Below, in pieces: positions 39,909 through 48,475 of a stretch of DNA of 64,000 nucleotides. The number at the start of each line of letters is the position of its first letter. Positions within the stretch are counted from its first letter, which is position 1. The notes beneath the pieces were generated by a model that saw nothing but the letters and a program-made list of their open reading frames with translations, searched no databases and was not told the origin of the DNA. The position numbers were made by a program, and so were the translations under genes. The stretch lies in assembly GCA_050173015.1 (NCBI GenBank), contig JBFXLE010000001.1:96001-160000 (forward strand), given 5' to 3'. Source of the stretch: Calditrichaceae bacterium (GTDB taxonomy: Bacteria; Calditrichota; Calditrichia; Calditrichales; JBFXGD01).

Positions 39909-40564
39909 GAAAATCCAATCCACAACTTCATAATGAAAGGCGATGTCAGATCTTGAATATCGCCGAGGAAATGTTCGCCTCGCAGAAATTTCATGAAGTG
40001 CTGATGGATGAGGTGGCGAAAAGGGCAAATATTGCCAAAGGAACCATCTATAATTATTTCAGAAATAAAGAAGAACTTTTTTTATCAATCATAATCAGAA
40101 AGCTGGATAATCTCCTGCATCTGTTATGCGAACGGGTTGATCATAACACGGACGCGCTGACAACGCTTCGCAGGGTGGTCATTCATATGTACAGTTTTTT
40201 GGTAAAATATCCTGATTTTTTTAGAATCTGGTACAGAGAAAAAATCAAATTTTCAGCCGGAAGCGGTGATAAAATTGATCAAATGTATCATCAGATACGG
40301 GAATTAATGGTTCGTACTCTCGAAAGAGGCATTGATGAAGGGATCATTCTTCCGGATCAGAATCTGCTGTTTAAAACAGATCTGATTCTGGGGATCATTG
40401 ACGCGGCGGTAATCAGAGCTCAAAGCCTGGCGGTAGATGAACAGCGCGCTGAAAGAGTGTTGATGTTTGAGTTTATCCTGAATGCGATCGGTACATCGCA
40501 CGCGCTCAGTTTGCATGAAAATGGGGTCGATTTGCCGATAAAAGAGGCGGTGGTGAATGAGTAG
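39905..40564 (+). CDS. TetR/AcrR-family transcriptional regulator embedded in the heme operon
   Basis: HTH: ILNIAEEMF...F...MDEVAKRANIAKGTIYNYFRNKEELF. Overlaps hemC (ATGA) and hemD. Confidence 0.92.
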   Translation: MRKSNPQLHNERRCQILNIAEEMFASQKFHEVLMDEVAKRANIAKGTIYNYFRNKEELFLSIIIRKLDNLLHLLCERVDHNTDALTTLRRVVIHMYSFLVKYPDFFRIWYREKIKFSAGSGDKIDQMYHQIRELMVRTLERGIDEGIILPDQNLLFKTDLILGIIDAAVIRAQSLAVDEQRAERVLMFEFILNAIGTSHALSLHENGVDLPIKEAVVNE

Positions 40565-41360
40565 TTTAAGCGGGAAAAAAATATTAATCTGCCGCGGCAG
40601 GGAGCAATCCCTGGAACTGGAATCGGTGCTTCACGCCAAAGGAGCCGAACCTGTTTTCTTCGCGCCGTTCACCGTGGAAATAATCGATTCGGAGAAAGAA
40701 ATTGCCATCGAACGGGAATTAAAAAATATCACCCGTTATGACCTGATTCTTTTTGGCAGTCCGAACGGGGTGTCCTCTTTCCGCCACTACATGAACAGGT
40801 ATCTTATTTCTGACAAAGTGATGAGCAAAATTGAGGTAGGTATTGTCGGAAACAAAGCGGCTAAGAGATATAAGAAATTGTTCCCGAAAACAGATATTAG
40901 ATATAAAGCCTTAGCGATCAATGATCTCCTGGAAATAGTCAGCAAATCCGGGAACGACAGGAAATTAAACGTATTGAATCCGACCAGTGAACAGTCCCTA
41001 AAAAATATCGAGGTAGAACTCCCTGAAAATATAACTTTAATACGAATTCCCATCTATAAAACAGTGGCAAACACCGAAATAGATGAGAGCAGTATCGCTG
41101 AAATAAATAAATCAAAATTTGATATGGTTGTTTTCAGCAGTCCAAGTTCTTATGATTATTTTGTCGAACAGCTTGGTAAAACCTTCCTGATGTCCGGGAT
41201 TTCAATGGCGGCATTCGGTAAAACAACGGCCGGACACATTCAGAAAAACGGATTTAAAGCGGATGTTGTCCCGGTCAACGCGGAAACAGACAATTTAATT
41301 ATGGCGATGGAATCATTTTTTGACAGGATAAATACGGGTGTAACCACTGCCGGCGGGTAA
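40557..41360 (+). CDS. hemD: Uroporphyrinogen-III synthase
   Basis: LSGKKILICR..Q, LFGSPNGV, IYKT, FSSPS and FGKTTA, plus operon context. Confidence 0.85.
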   Translation: MSSLSGKKILICRGREQSLELESVLHAKGAEPVFFAPFTVEIIDSEKEIAIERELKNITRYDLILFGSPNGVSSFRHYMNRYLISDKVMSKIEVGIVGNKAAKRYKKLFPKTDIRYKALAINDLLEIVSKSGNDRKLNVLNPTSEQSLKNIEVELPENITLIRIPIYKTVANTEIDESSIAEINKSKFDMVVFSSPSSYDYFVEQLGKTFLMSGISMAAFGKTTAGHIQKNGFKADVVPVNAETDNLIMAMESFFDRINTGVTTAGG

Positions 41361-41430
41361 AATACGGCAAATAAATTATCAATAATAAGATATAAACATA
41401 AATTTCGAATGACGGGAGACAGGCATAGTG

Positions 41431-42465
41431 ATGGATGAAAATACAAATCACCTCTTTATAAAGGCATGTTTTGGACAGCGGGTTGAACGCACACCGGTTT
41501 GGATGATGCGGCAGGCGGGCCGTTATTTGCCTGAATACCGGCAGATCCGACAAAAATATAATTTTACCGGTATGTATAAAACACCGGATGTGGCGACCGA
41601 AGTCACTCTTCAGCCGGTGGATATTCTCGGAGTCGACGCCGCCATTCTTTTCTCGGATATTCTGGTGGTTCCCGAAGCGATGGGCATGGAGCTGCATTTT
41701 ATAGAAGAGAAGGGGCCTCAGTTTACGGATCCTCTGCGGTCCGTAAAACAAATACGGCAATTACCGGCAATCCACGCGGAAAGTGAACTCGGATATGTTC
41801 TGCAGGCGATCAGAAATATCAGACAGGAATTGAACAATCGCGTTCCCCTGATCGGATTCAGCGGGGCTCCCTGGACGCTCGCCACTTATATGATCGAAGG
41901 AAGCGGATCCAGAAATTATAAATATATCAAAACACTGCGATTTGGAAATCCGGCCTTATTACATGAATTGCTGGAAAAAGTGACTGTCACGGTTATCGAC
42001 TATTGTAAAGCACAAATTGAAAACGGGGTTCAGGCGGTGCAGTTGTTTGACAGTTGGGCTGGAATGCTTGATGAAGAAGGATTTTACGAATTCGCGCTTC
42101 CCTACGTACAAAGAATCATCAAGGAGATACGTAAACCCGGAGTTCCTGTCATTTACTTTGCTAAAGGGGCAATGGCCTGGCTGGATAAACTAAGTCTTTC
42201 CGGCGCTGATGTCCTGGGACTTGACTGGACAATTGATCCGGTCAGGGCTGTAGAATTAATCAAAAATAAAACCGCTCTGCAGGGAAATCTTGATCCAACG
42301 GCTCTTTACGCGCCACCCGCGGAAATCCACGCGCATGTCAAAAAAATGCTTAAAGGATTTAATGGCGCGGCCGGCCATGTCGCCAATCTGGGACACGGAA
42401 TTTTGCCTGATATACCGGTGGATCACGCGAGGGCATTTATAGACGCGGTAAAAGAAGAAAGCTGA
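41431..42465 (+). CDS. hemE: Uroporphyrinogen decarboxylase
   Basis: PVWMMRQAGRYLPEY, AAILFSDIL, IGFSGAPWTLATY, QLFDSWAG and NLGHGI. Confidence 0.97.
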   Translation: MDENTNHLFIKACFGQRVERTPVWMMRQAGRYLPEYRQIRQKYNFTGMYKTPDVATEVTLQPVDILGVDAAILFSDILVVPEAMGMELHFIEEKGPQFTDPLRSVKQIRQLPAIHAESELGYVLQAIRNIRQELNNRVPLIGFSGAPWTLATYMIEGSGSRNYKYIKTLRFGNPALLHELLEKVTVTVIDYCKAQIENGVQAVQLFDSWAGMLDEEGFYEFALPYVQRIIKEIRKPGVPVIYFAKGAMAWLDKLSLSGADVLGLDWTIDPVRAVELIKNKTALQGNLDPTALYAPPAEIHAHVKKMLKGFNGAAGHVANLGHGILPDIPVDHARAFIDAVKEES

Positions 42466-42529
42466 AATTGCCGGGAATCATTAGTCAGGGACTGATAATC
42501 CGTTTATTTAAATAAAAGAGATTAATATC

Positions 42530-43927
42530 ATGAATAAATCATTAAACTTAGATATCGCGCTCGAGCTTTTGAAGAAATATGATCGTCCGGGTCCGAGATA
42601 TACAAGCTATCCGACAGCTCCCCATTTTCACGAAGGATTCGGATCAAAAGAGTTTGAAGAAGAAATTATACAAACGAACGAGGTTGGTCAGGACGGTGAC
42701 TTATCGCTCTATTTTCATTTGCCGTTTTGTCAATCACTTTGCTATTATTGCGCGTGTAATGTGATAATTACTCACAGCTCAGATCGTAAGGCATCCTATG
42801 TCGAATATTTGAAAAGAGAAATAGACGCTGTGAGCAGCAGAATAAATCCAAACAGAAAAGTCGTTCAGCTCCACTGGGGCGGGGGGACACCCACATATCT
42901 TTCAGCGGAGCAGATCGAAGATATCGCTATGTATATCCGCGACCATTTTAACTTTGCAACCGATGCAGAAGTAAGTATTGAAGTCGATCCAAGAGCTTTG
43001 ACTCCGGCCCATCTGCCGGTTTTGAGAAAGGTAGGATTTAACAGAATCAGCATGGGCGTACAGGATTTTGATCCCAAAGTACAGGAAGCGGTCAACCGGA
43101 TACAGCCGGAAGAGATGACTCGCGGAGTAATTCAGGAAAGCAGGGATCTTGGATTCGATTCGATCAATGTAGATCTGATTTACGGCCTGCCATTTCAAAC
43201 GGTCGATACCTTTGTCAAGTCAGTAGATAAAATTATCAAAATTTCACCGGATCGTTTGGCGGTTTTTAATTATGCCCATGTTCCCTGGATGAAGAAACAT
43301 CAGAACATAATTCAACCGGAAACACTTCCTTCAGCCGGCGAGAAATTGTCAATACTGAAGATGGTTATCGAAAAATTGACAGGCGCCGGATATGTAATGA
43401 TCGGGATGGATCATTTTGCAAAACCGGCTGACGAACTCAGTGTCGCCCTGAAGGAGAAAACGTTATACAGGAATTTCCAGGGATATACTACGCGGGCGGG
43501 CGCGGAAGTTTACGCCATGGGCATCACTTCTATCAGCCAGTTGCACAATGTCTATGCCCAGAATGTAAAGACAACTAAAGAATATGAAGAAATGATTGAC
43601 GATGGAAAGCTTCCCGTTTCTCTGGGGTACCGTCTAAATGATGACGATCAGGTGAGAAGACATGTCATTACAGAACTTATGTGCAATAATGTTGTTGAAA
43701 AAGCGGAGGTGAACAAAAAATATGGAATCGATTTTGACTCCTACTTTGCCGATTCCATAGCACAATTGGACGAGTTTGTAAATGACGGACTTATAAGCCT
43801 GCAGCCGGACCGGATTCAGGTTCATGAAAATGGCCGCCTGGTGGTGAGAAATATCGCCATGGCGTTTGACGCCTATCTGGAAGCTGATCGACAGAAACAA
43901 AAGCCAATTTACTCGAGAACAGTTTAA
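42530..43927 (+). CDS. hemN: Oxygen-independent coproporphyrinogen III oxidase (radical SAM)
   Basis: GPRYTSYPTA, YFHLPFCQSLCYYCAC, HWGGGTP and GMDHF..RNFQGY. These are true HemN rather than HemW signatures. Confidence 0.95.
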   Translation: MNKSLNLDIALELLKKYDRPGPRYTSYPTAPHFHEGFGSKEFEEEIIQTNEVGQDGDLSLYFHLPFCQSLCYYCACNVIITHSSDRKASYVEYLKREIDAVSSRINPNRKVVQLHWGGGTPTYLSAEQIEDIAMYIRDHFNFATDAEVSIEVDPRALTPAHLPVLRKVGFNRISMGVQDFDPKVQEAVNRIQPEEMTRGVIQESRDLGFDSINVDLIYGLPFQTVDTFVKSVDKIIKISPDRLAVFNYAHVPWMKKHQNIIQPETLPSAGEKLSILKMVIEKLTGAGYVMIGMDHFAKPADELSVALKEKTLYRNFQGYTTRAGAEVYAMGITSISQLHNVYAQNVKTTKEYEEMIDDGKLPVSLGYRLNDDDQVRRHVITELMCNNVVEKAEVNKKYGIDFDSYFADSIAQLDEFVNDGLISLQPDRIQVHENGRLVVRNIAMAFDAYLEADRQKQKPIYSRTV

Positions 43928-43943
43928 TCAGGTGGATAAAATT

Positions 43944-45386
43944 ATGCTAAAGAATGAAACGACCGATACTGTCATTGTGGGGGCGGGTATATCGGGTCTT
44001 ACTACGGCGCGCAATTTGGTGAAAAAGGGAATAAAGGTAAAAATTCTCGAAAAAAACAGCGTTGCCGGCGGCTCGATCCGCACAGAGAAAAAAGACGGAT
44101 TCCTGGTTGAATACGGGCCAAACAGCGCGCTCGAAACCACACCGTTGCTCGGTGAGCTCTTCAAAGATCTGAAAATAGATCATCAGATGTTATATGCCAA
44201 TGAAAAATCCAATAATAGATATATTGTGCGCGGCGGGAAGCTTCAGGCCTTACCCATGAAACCGCTGGCTTTTTTAAAAAGCGGTCTTTTTTCGACGCGG
44301 GCAAAATTAAGGCTGTTTAAAGAACCGTTCATCGCGCCATCACCTGCCGAAACCCGTGAAACCCTTGCTCAGTTTGTGGAGCGACGTCTGGGGAAAGAAT
44401 TTCTGGATTACGCGATAGATCCGTTTGTGGCCGGTGTTTTTGCCGGATTACCGGAAAAATTATGCGTTCAGAGCGCGTTTCCAAAGCTTTACGAAGTGGA
44501 ACAAAAATACGGGAGTCTGATAAAAGGGACTATAAGGGGCGCCCGCGAAAGACGGAAAAGTAAAGAAACTTCAAAACAGCGCGCGAAAATGTTTTCATTT
44601 GAAGACGGGTTGCAGACCGTTATTGATGCGCTGGTAAATGAACTTGGAAACAATCTTGTTACTGAATCGCAAATCACGGGAATTTCAAAGATGAAGGATG
44701 GCGGTTACGAAGTTTCTTACCGGAACAGAGAAGAAGAGTTCCTGATCAGGACAAAATCGGTTTTGTTAACCGTGCCCGCTCATGTGTATGAAAAACTTCC
44801 CTTCCATTTTGAAGTGACTCCCGGAGCATTCTTCAAAACAATTCCCTATCCTCCTGTGACAATGGTTTTCTTTGGATACAGGAAAAAACCGGAAAATGTC
44901 AATCTTGACGGATTCGGATTTTTAATACCAAAAAAGGAAAATAAAAACATTCTTGGCTCCATCTGGAGCTCGACCATCTTTCCGAATCGCGCGCCGGAGG
45001 GAGGAGCGGCATTTACGACTTTTGTGGGCGGCAGCCGCCAGCCGGAAAACGCGATGCTGACCGAAGATAAGATTGCCGAAATGGTGGAAGAAGATTTTAA
45101 AAGCCTGATGGGAATAAATCAAAAGCCGGATGTGGTGGTGATTAAAAGATGGGAACAGGCGATTCCTCAATATAATCTTGAGCATATTGAAATGATCGGC
45201 TCGGTTGAAAAATTTGAAAAAAAGAATCCGGGTATGTTCATTTCCGGTAATTTCAGAGGCGGCATCTCGGTAGCCGATTGCGTAAAGCAGGCAGATGCGA
45301 TGAGTTTGACCGTTTCGGAATTTATAAACAGTGAAGTTGATAATATCAATTATCAAAATGTATCAAAAACGGGAACAGATAAATAA
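43944..45386 (+). CDS. hemY: HemY-type FAD-dependent proto-/coproporphyrinogen oxidase
   Basis: VGAGISGL, GG.IRT...GFLVEYGPNS, DPFVAGVFAG, GFGFLIP, AIPQY and GN..GG.SV.DC. Confidence 0.92.
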   Translation: MLKNETTDTVIVGAGISGLTTARNLVKKGIKVKILEKNSVAGGSIRTEKKDGFLVEYGPNSALETTPLLGELFKDLKIDHQMLYANEKSNNRYIVRGGKLQALPMKPLAFLKSGLFSTRAKLRLFKEPFIAPSPAETRETLAQFVERRLGKEFLDYAIDPFVAGVFAGLPEKLCVQSAFPKLYEVEQKYGSLIKGTIRGARERRKSKETSKQRAKMFSFEDGLQTVIDALVNELGNNLVTESQITGISKMKDGGYEVSYRNREEEFLIRTKSVLLTVPAHVYEKLPFHFEVTPGAFFKTIPYPPVTMVFFGYRKKPENVNLDGFGFLIPKKENKNILGSIWSSTIFPNRAPEGGAAFTTFVGGSRQPENAMLTEDKIAEMVEEDFKSLMGINQKPDVVVIKRWEQAIPQYNLEHIEMIGSVEKFEKKNPGMFISGNFRGGISVADCVKQADAMSLTVSEFINSEVDNINYQNVSKTGTDK

Positions 45387-45430
45387 AATTTAAATCGATT
45401 TATTAGCCGAAAAAATATGGAGTACAGACG

Positions 45431-46420
45431 ATGTTCAAACCTTATTACAGACCTCGGCGTCTGCGCAGAAATCCGCAAATACGAAACCTTGTCCGTGAGA
45501 CGATTTTAACACCCGATGATTTGATCTTGCCATTATTTGTTGCCGCGGGTAAAGATATAAAAAAACCGATCAGCAGCATGCCGGGACATTTTCAGCTCTC
45601 ACTTGAACATCTTGTCAGTGAAGTAAAACAGATATGGGATAAAGGAATCCAATCCATTATTTTGTTTGGTATTCCCGAGCACAAAGATGCCTTTGGCACA
45701 GATGCCACCAGTGACGAGGGTATCATAGCGCAAGCGATCAGCGCAGTAAAGAAGGCTGTTCCGGATATGTATGTTATCTCGGATGTCTGTTTTTGTGAAT
45801 ATACCGATCACGGTCACTGCGGAGCGCTCGTGGGACATGATGTTGATAACGATGCCACGTTGGAGATGCTCCAGAAACAAGTGCTGGTTCAGGCGAAGCA
45901 TGGTGTCGATATGGTCGCTCCTTCGGGCATGATGGACGGAATGGTTGGGGCCATCCGTCAGGCGCTGGATGGTGAGGGGTACATCAATATTCCGATTATG
46001 AGCTATGCTGCGAAATACGCGTCCGGATTTTATGGACCGTTCCGTGAAGCGGCGGAATCAACTCCGGCGTTTGGTGACCGCAGCACCTATCAGATGGATC
46101 CTTCAAACGCGGATGAGGCCATGCGTGAAGTCGCGCTCGATGTGGAAGAGGGGGCGGATATTGTCATGGTTAAACCGGCCATGCCTTACCTGGATCTTAT
46201 CCATCGAATCAAAACCGAATTTAGAATGCCCACAGCCGCTTATCAGGTATCCGGTGAATTTGCCATGCTCAAAGCGGCGGCGGAAAAAGGCTGGCTGGAT
46301 CATGATCGCGTGATGATGGAATCACTGACTTCGATTAAGCGCGCAGGCGCGGATATGATTATTACTTATTTCGCCAAAGAAGTGATCGACGCGCTGGAGA
46401 AGAAGAAAAGTGGGAAGTAA
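45431..46420 (+). CDS. hemB: Porphobilinogen synthase (ALA dehydratase, Zn-type)
   Basis: [38 protein letters not shown] and [10 protein letters not shown]. Confidence 0.97.
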   Translation: MFKPYYRPRRLRRNPQIRNLVRETILTPDDLILPLFVAAGKDIKKPISSMPGHFQLSLEHLVSEVKQIWDKGIQSIILFGIPEHKDAFGTDATSDEGIIAQAISAVKKAVPDMYVISDVCFCEYTDHGHCGALVGHDVDNDATLEMLQKQVLVQAKHGVDMVAPSGMMDGMVGAIRQALDGEGYINIPIMSYAAKYASGFYGPFREAAESTPAFGDRSTYQMDPSNADEAMREVALDVEEGADIVMVKPAMPYLDLIHRIKTEFRMPTAAYQVSGEFAMLKAAAEKGWLDHDRVMMESLTSIKRAGADMIITYFAKEVIDALEKKKSGK

Positions 46421-46448
46421 GAAGTAGGAAGTAAGAAGTAGGAAGTAA
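46414..46448 (+). repeat. Heptamer tandem repeat (GAAGTAR)x5 starting at the hemB stop codon
   Basis: GAAGTAA/GAAGTAG units, followed by AAAAAGA-type low-complexity units. Confidence 0.9.
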
Positions 46449-46615
46449 GAAGTTTAAGAAAAAAGATAAAAGAAAAAAGAAAAAAGAAAAAAGAGTGAAG
46501 AGTAGGGGCGTCTGAATCCGGGCAGGCGATGTCATAGTCAACCGCGGTGAAACCGGTTAATCTACCCGTATGTCATGCCGCAGGCATCTTTGGCTACCTT
46601 GGAAGGATGTAGAAC

Positions 46616-46639
46616 GTAGGGACAAGGCATGCCTTGTCC
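46616..46639 (+). repeat. GTAG-type REP-like palindrome
   Basis: GTAG followed by the perfect 20-bp palindrome GGACAAGGCATGCCTTGTCC. Confidence 0.7.
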
Positions 46640-46641
46640 GG

Positions 46642-46760
46642 GAAGTAGGAAGTAAGAAGTAAGAAGTAGGAAGTAAGAAGTAGGAAGTAAGAAGTAAGAA
46701 GTAGGAAGTAAGAAGTAGGAAGTAAGAAGTAAGAAGTAAGAAGTAAGAAGTAAGAATTAA
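46642..46760 (+). repeat. Heptamer tandem repeat (GAAGTAR)x16 plus one degenerate unit
   Basis: Counted directly from the sequence. Confidence 0.92.
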
Positions 46761-46794
46761 AGAGCGTTAAGAGAAAAGAGTGTAAGAGTTAAGA

Positions 46795-46817
46795 GTAGGG
46801 GCGCGATGCTCGCGCCC
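46795..46817 (+). repeat. GTAG-type REP-like palindrome
   Basis: GTAG-GGGCGCGA-tgc-TCGCGCCC. Confidence 0.65.
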
Positions 46818-46969
46818 AAGAAAAAGAGATAAGAAAAGAAGATTCAACTTTTGTGTTGTTGAAATCTTCGGGGAGATAATTTAACAGTTATCTAATGCTG
46901 GAATTTTGATCAGATTTTGATTGCTGGCAAACAGTCTTTGGAAAATATAATGTAATAACGGAGTTTTGC

Positions 46970-48259
46970 ATGTTATCACAGGATAAAAGTAAAAAATTAT
47001 TTGAAAGATCACAAAAAGTTACTCCCGGCGGGGTAAATTCACCTGTCCGCGCGTTCAAATCGGTGGAAGGAACTCCCGTTTATTTTTCTCACGGGAAAGG
47101 GTCCCACACGTTTGATGTTGATGGCAATGACTATATTGATTATGTGGGATCGTGGGGTCCGCTTATTGTAGGATACTCACACCCGCGAATTATTTCGGCC
47201 TTAAAAGAAGAAGCTGAGAAGGCGACTAGTTTTGGAGCGCCGACCGAGCTGGAAATTGAACTGGCGGAACTCATCACAGAGATAATGCCTTCTGTTGAAA
47301 TGGTACGAATGGTAAACTCGGGTACGGAAGCCACAATGAGCGCTGTCCGTTTAGCAAGGGGATATACGGGGCGTCATAAAATTATTAAATTCAGTGGCTG
47401 CTACCATGGGCACAGCGACAGTTTTCTTATTCAGGCCGGATCGGGAATGACGACACTCGGCACACCTAATAGTCCCGGGGTGACTCCTTCTACAGCCGAG
47501 GACACGTTGATCGCTCGATACAATGATCTGGGTTCTGTTAAGGAATGGATTTCAAAGTTTCCGGATCAGATCGCGGCAATCATTGTGGAACCTGTGGCGG
47601 GTAATATGGGCGTTATTCCTCCGGTGGAGGGTTTTCTTGAGGGTTTACGCAAGGTGACAACTGATAACGGGATAGTGCTAATTTTTGATGAAGTGATGAC
47701 CGGTTTCAGGGTGGCCAGAGGCGGCGCTCAGGAGGTTTATAACATAAAGCCGGATTTGACAACTCTTGGTAAAATCATCGGAGGTGGAATGCCGGTGGGC
47801 GCCTATGGCGGTAAAAAAGAAATTATGGAGCAGATATCACCGGCCGGTCCCGTCTATCAGGCCGGTACACTATCCGGAAATCCGCTTGCAATGAGAGCCG
47901 GTTTGGAAACGTTAAGGATTCTAAACGAGCCCGGTTTCTATGAGACGCTGGAGGAAAAGGCAAAATTATTAGACAACGGGATCCGTGAAAATCTAAAACG
48001 TCTAGGAATGCCATTATATCAGACCAGAGTTGGTTCCATGGGTTGCCTGTTTTTTAATACTGAAATAGTGCATGATTATGATAGCGCCGTACGATCGAAT
48101 ACAAAAAAATACGCGAAATACTTCTGGAATATGCTGGAAGAAGGGGTGTACCTGGCGCCTTCACAGTTTGAAGCGTTCTTCATCTCCGCGGCGCATTCGC
48201 AAAATGATATTCAAAAAACCATCGAAGCAAACTACCGCGCGTTAAAAAAAGTGATTTAG
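46970..48259 (+). CDS. hemL: Glutamate-1-semialdehyde 2,1-aminomutase
   Basis: [54 protein letters not shown] and [10 protein letters not shown]. Confidence 0.97.
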   Translation: MLSQDKSKKLFERSQKVTPGGVNSPVRAFKSVEGTPVYFSHGKGSHTFDVDGNDYIDYVGSWGPLIVGYSHPRIISALKEEAEKATSFGAPTELEIELAELITEIMPSVEMVRMVNSGTEATMSAVRLARGYTGRHKIIKFSGCYHGHSDSFLIQAGSGMTTLGTPNSPGVTPSTAEDTLIARYNDLGSVKEWISKFPDQIAAIIVEPVAGNMGVIPPVEGFLEGLRKVTTDNGIVLIFDEVMTGFRVARGGAQEVYNIKPDLTTLGKIIGGGMPVGAYGGKKEIMEQISPAGPVYQAGTLSGNPLAMRAGLETLRILNEPGFYETLEEKAKLLDNGIRENLKRLGMPLYQTRVGSMGCLFFNTEIVHDYDSAVRSNTKKYAKYFWNMLEEGVYLAPSQFEAFFISAAHSQNDIQKTIEANYRALKKVI

Positions 48260-48325
48260 GGATTTGTTGCTCAAAAATGTATTATTAGCATCAAAATAGC
48301 TATGCATTAAATACCCTGATATTTG

Positions 48326-48362
48326 AAACCGTTGGCTGCCTGGACAGTCAGCGGTTTTTTTT
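48326..48362 (+). terminator. Intrinsic terminator ending the heme cluster
   Basis: AAACCGTTGGCTG..CAGTCAGCGGTTT stem (with G-U pairs) followed by a T-tract. Confidence 0.75.
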
Positions 48363-48475
48363 GAATCGCGTAATAAGGTATTTGTTAAAGTTAAAAAAAT
48401 AAATTGCAAAAGAGCGGCATTTTTTTAAAATTACGCTTCGACTTTGATTTACTGAAACAATATACAGAGGATGAT

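Noticed and set aside
46414-46817. CRISPR array or ribozyme in the hemB-hemL interval
   Set aside because: The repeats are contiguous 7-mers without unique spacers and no cas genes are present. The central 140 bp lacks a hammerhead CUGANGA core or any other RNA motif I recognise.
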